A stretch of DNA of 64,000 nucleotides from the human T2T-CHM13v2.0 reference genome, Homo sapiens: positions 31,072,001 to 31,136,000 of the forward strand of contig CP068257.2 in the NCBI GenBank assembly GCA_009914755.4. The letters run 5' to 3'. The notes below the pieces were generated by a model. That model was not told where the DNA came from and searched no databases. It saw only the letters and a list, made by a program, of their open reading frames with translations. Below are positions 62,153 to 64,000 of this stretch, one piece after another; position 1 is the stretch's first letter; each line of letters opens with the position of its first letter. The translations under genes were made by a program, and so were the position numbers.

Positions 62153-62343
62153 CAACAGGCCTTTCTCAGTTGTCACTTATCCTGACCTTTCTTTTACTCT
62201 CATCATATATAGTTGGTCTCAAGAATTCTGAGGAAAATAAGGCAGTTTCCTAGACTCCAAAATAACCAGTTCTCCTAAAAACATTCCTCCTTCCACTTGC
62301 CTTCTCTATTCCTATATATAATTATTCATAACCAAGACACCCT

Positions 62344-62690
62344 ATGGTTTGAGTGTCCTCTCCAAAACTCATGTTGAAATTTAATTGCCATTGTAACGTT
62401 ATTAACAGGTGGGGCCCTTAAATGGCAGTTACAACATGAGAAGGTGAATGCCATTATCCCAGGAGTTGGCTCCTGATAAAAGGATGAGTTTGGCAGGATA
62501 TTCTCTCTCTGTCTTGGAGACTCACCTGCCCTTCTACCATGTTATGACAACATAAAGGCCCTTAGTAGATGCCTGTGCCATGCTCTTGGCCCTCCCAGAC
62601 TCCAGAACTGTCAACCAAATAAACTTCTATTGTTTATAAATTACCTAGTCTGTAGTATTGTTACAGGAGCAGAAAATGGATTAAGACACT
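62344..62690 (+). mobile_element. second MaLR-type LTR (MLT/MST-like), same orientation
   Basis: ATGGTTTGAGTGTCCTCTCCAAAACTCATGTTGAAATTTAATTGCCATTGTAACGTTATTAACAGGTGGGGCCC…CTCCAGAACTGTCAACCAAATAAACTTCTATTGTTTATAAATTACCTAGTCTGTAGTATTGTTACAGGAGCAGAAAATGGATTAAG. Confidence 0.7.
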
Positions 62691-64000
62691 CCAGGACAAA
62701 AGCTCAAATTTGACTCTTTCTTTTAAATCCAATATGGCAAAGTGTATATTAAGCCTATCAATTCTTCCCTTGGAATGGTTCTCAAATCATTCTTTCTTTC
62801 CACTTCTCCCCCTAAAACAACAGAAAACATTTTTAACTCATCCAGAATTTCCTACTAAATCAGTAGAAGCCTTTACTCTTGCTCAACTGTGAGACCTTTT
62901 TAAACCCACTATTAATGGATCAAAGCTGGCCCTTGAGTTTAAACTGCTTTAGGCCTCCAATCTCTCCTCATGCTGCATGTTAATACCAGGCTAAAGTTTC
63001 AAAACGCATTTATCATGTCACCATCTTGGCAAGCCACTGTAGCAAATGTAAACCCTTACTGGATACTGAACATCCTTCACAATCTGTCAACGTATCTTTC
63101 ACATGAAACTTCTAACTACTTCCTTCACAAATCATCTACTCTGACCTGTCAGGTGCACTTGTTCTTTTCCAAAACAGCTTTAGTCATTTTAATCCTTGAT
63201 CATACCCCCAATACCTTCCCTTTCGGAATTTTAACTATCAAAGATCCATCTTCGAGTCCCACTTTTTCCATAAAGCAGTCCTCTCTCCTCTGAAAGAGTA
63301 GCCACCCTTTGGAACACTGATTGAACATTTTGCCAAACACTGAGTCCTCTTACACATTTATGAGATATTGTCTTCACATCTAGATTGTAAATTTGAGATA
63401 CAAAGCCATACTTTTTCACAATAAGCCTGTAAGTGAGAATCTGGAAAATCATGATTTTCTCATTAATTCCATAAAATAAAATAGCATTTGCAGGAGAATA
63501 ACTCAGACCATAGAATATTATACTGGATCCACTTTCCTAAAGACAAAATAACCGCTTAAAATTTTTTAAACTGAGGTTTTGAGAGACATAAGAGATGTCT
63601 GTACAATATACCTGCCTCATTATTCTAAGGAGTCTTCATCTAGTATCAGATAAGGCTGCTGAATGGGAGTAATACTAATATTAAATTTAGGGCATTCCTA
63701 AAAGTTCTCTAAGAATAAAATCCACTGTGGAAATACCACCAAAGAAATCGCAAATCTGTCTCTACAAAATACAAGAATTTGCACAACACTCCTTCAAACA
63801 GAAATAAACCTGTGTCTTAGGCTAAAATGAGAAACCTTCTTTCTCTGTTCAACAGCAGTCTGCACACAAGTAGGAAAACTGTGAGAGAATCTAGTCATTG
63901 CAGCAGAAATGTTCCAGTGGCAACAATTCTGTCTTCTTATAAAATACATTTACAAAGCATCTGTGTTACAATTAAATAACAGAACTGTATTGCTACTCAA

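Overview
This window is human (primate) nuclear DNA, not a prokaryotic or accessory locus. About 31 Alu/FLAM copies, L1 3' fragments, MaLR (THE1/MST-type) LTRs and spliced GT-AG exons show this at once. I identify it as the tail-to-head junction of two minus-strand genes on chromosome 21q22.11. (1) The 5' end of SYNJ1 (synaptojanin-1) is present: the canonical start codon is at 20914 and the first coding exon runs 20791-20914, translating [41 protein letters not shown]. It is driven by a very GC/CpG-rich island at about 21.2-22.5 kb, and the rest of SYNJ1 continues as intron towards coordinate 1. (2) Sixteen consecutive coding exons of PAXBP1 (GCFC1/C21orf66) lie between 58817 and 28969 on the minus strand. 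All 15 junctions are phase-consistent and the coding sequence ends with ...KEFKSLIEGK* (TAG at 28969-28971). A roughly 0.8-1.1 kb 3'UTR extends towards about 27.84 kb. The PAXBP1 5'-most exons and promoter must lie beyond 64 kb. The interval between the two genes (22.5-27.8 kb) is only about 5 kb. I see no evidence of a novel defence or metabolic system. The genuinely notable signals are these: a 24-bp-period minisatellite of about 30 copies in SYNJ1 intron 1 (7117-7827) that is open in all six reading frames; the SYNJ1 CpG island with a strong splice acceptor 21 nt upstream of the ATG, which implies an upstream exon; a tail-to-tail inverted Alu pair with a 20-bp spacer; an Alu carrying a tandemly triplicated 45-bp 5' segment; a young 5'-truncated AluY with intact target-site duplications antisense to PAXBP1 close to an exon; and a (CA)n tract about 125 nt downstream of a PAXBP1 5' splice site. 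Coordinates were hand-derived from the text and checked against the ORF track where possible. Treat exon boundaries as +/-1-2 bp and repeat boundaries as +/-5-10 bp.
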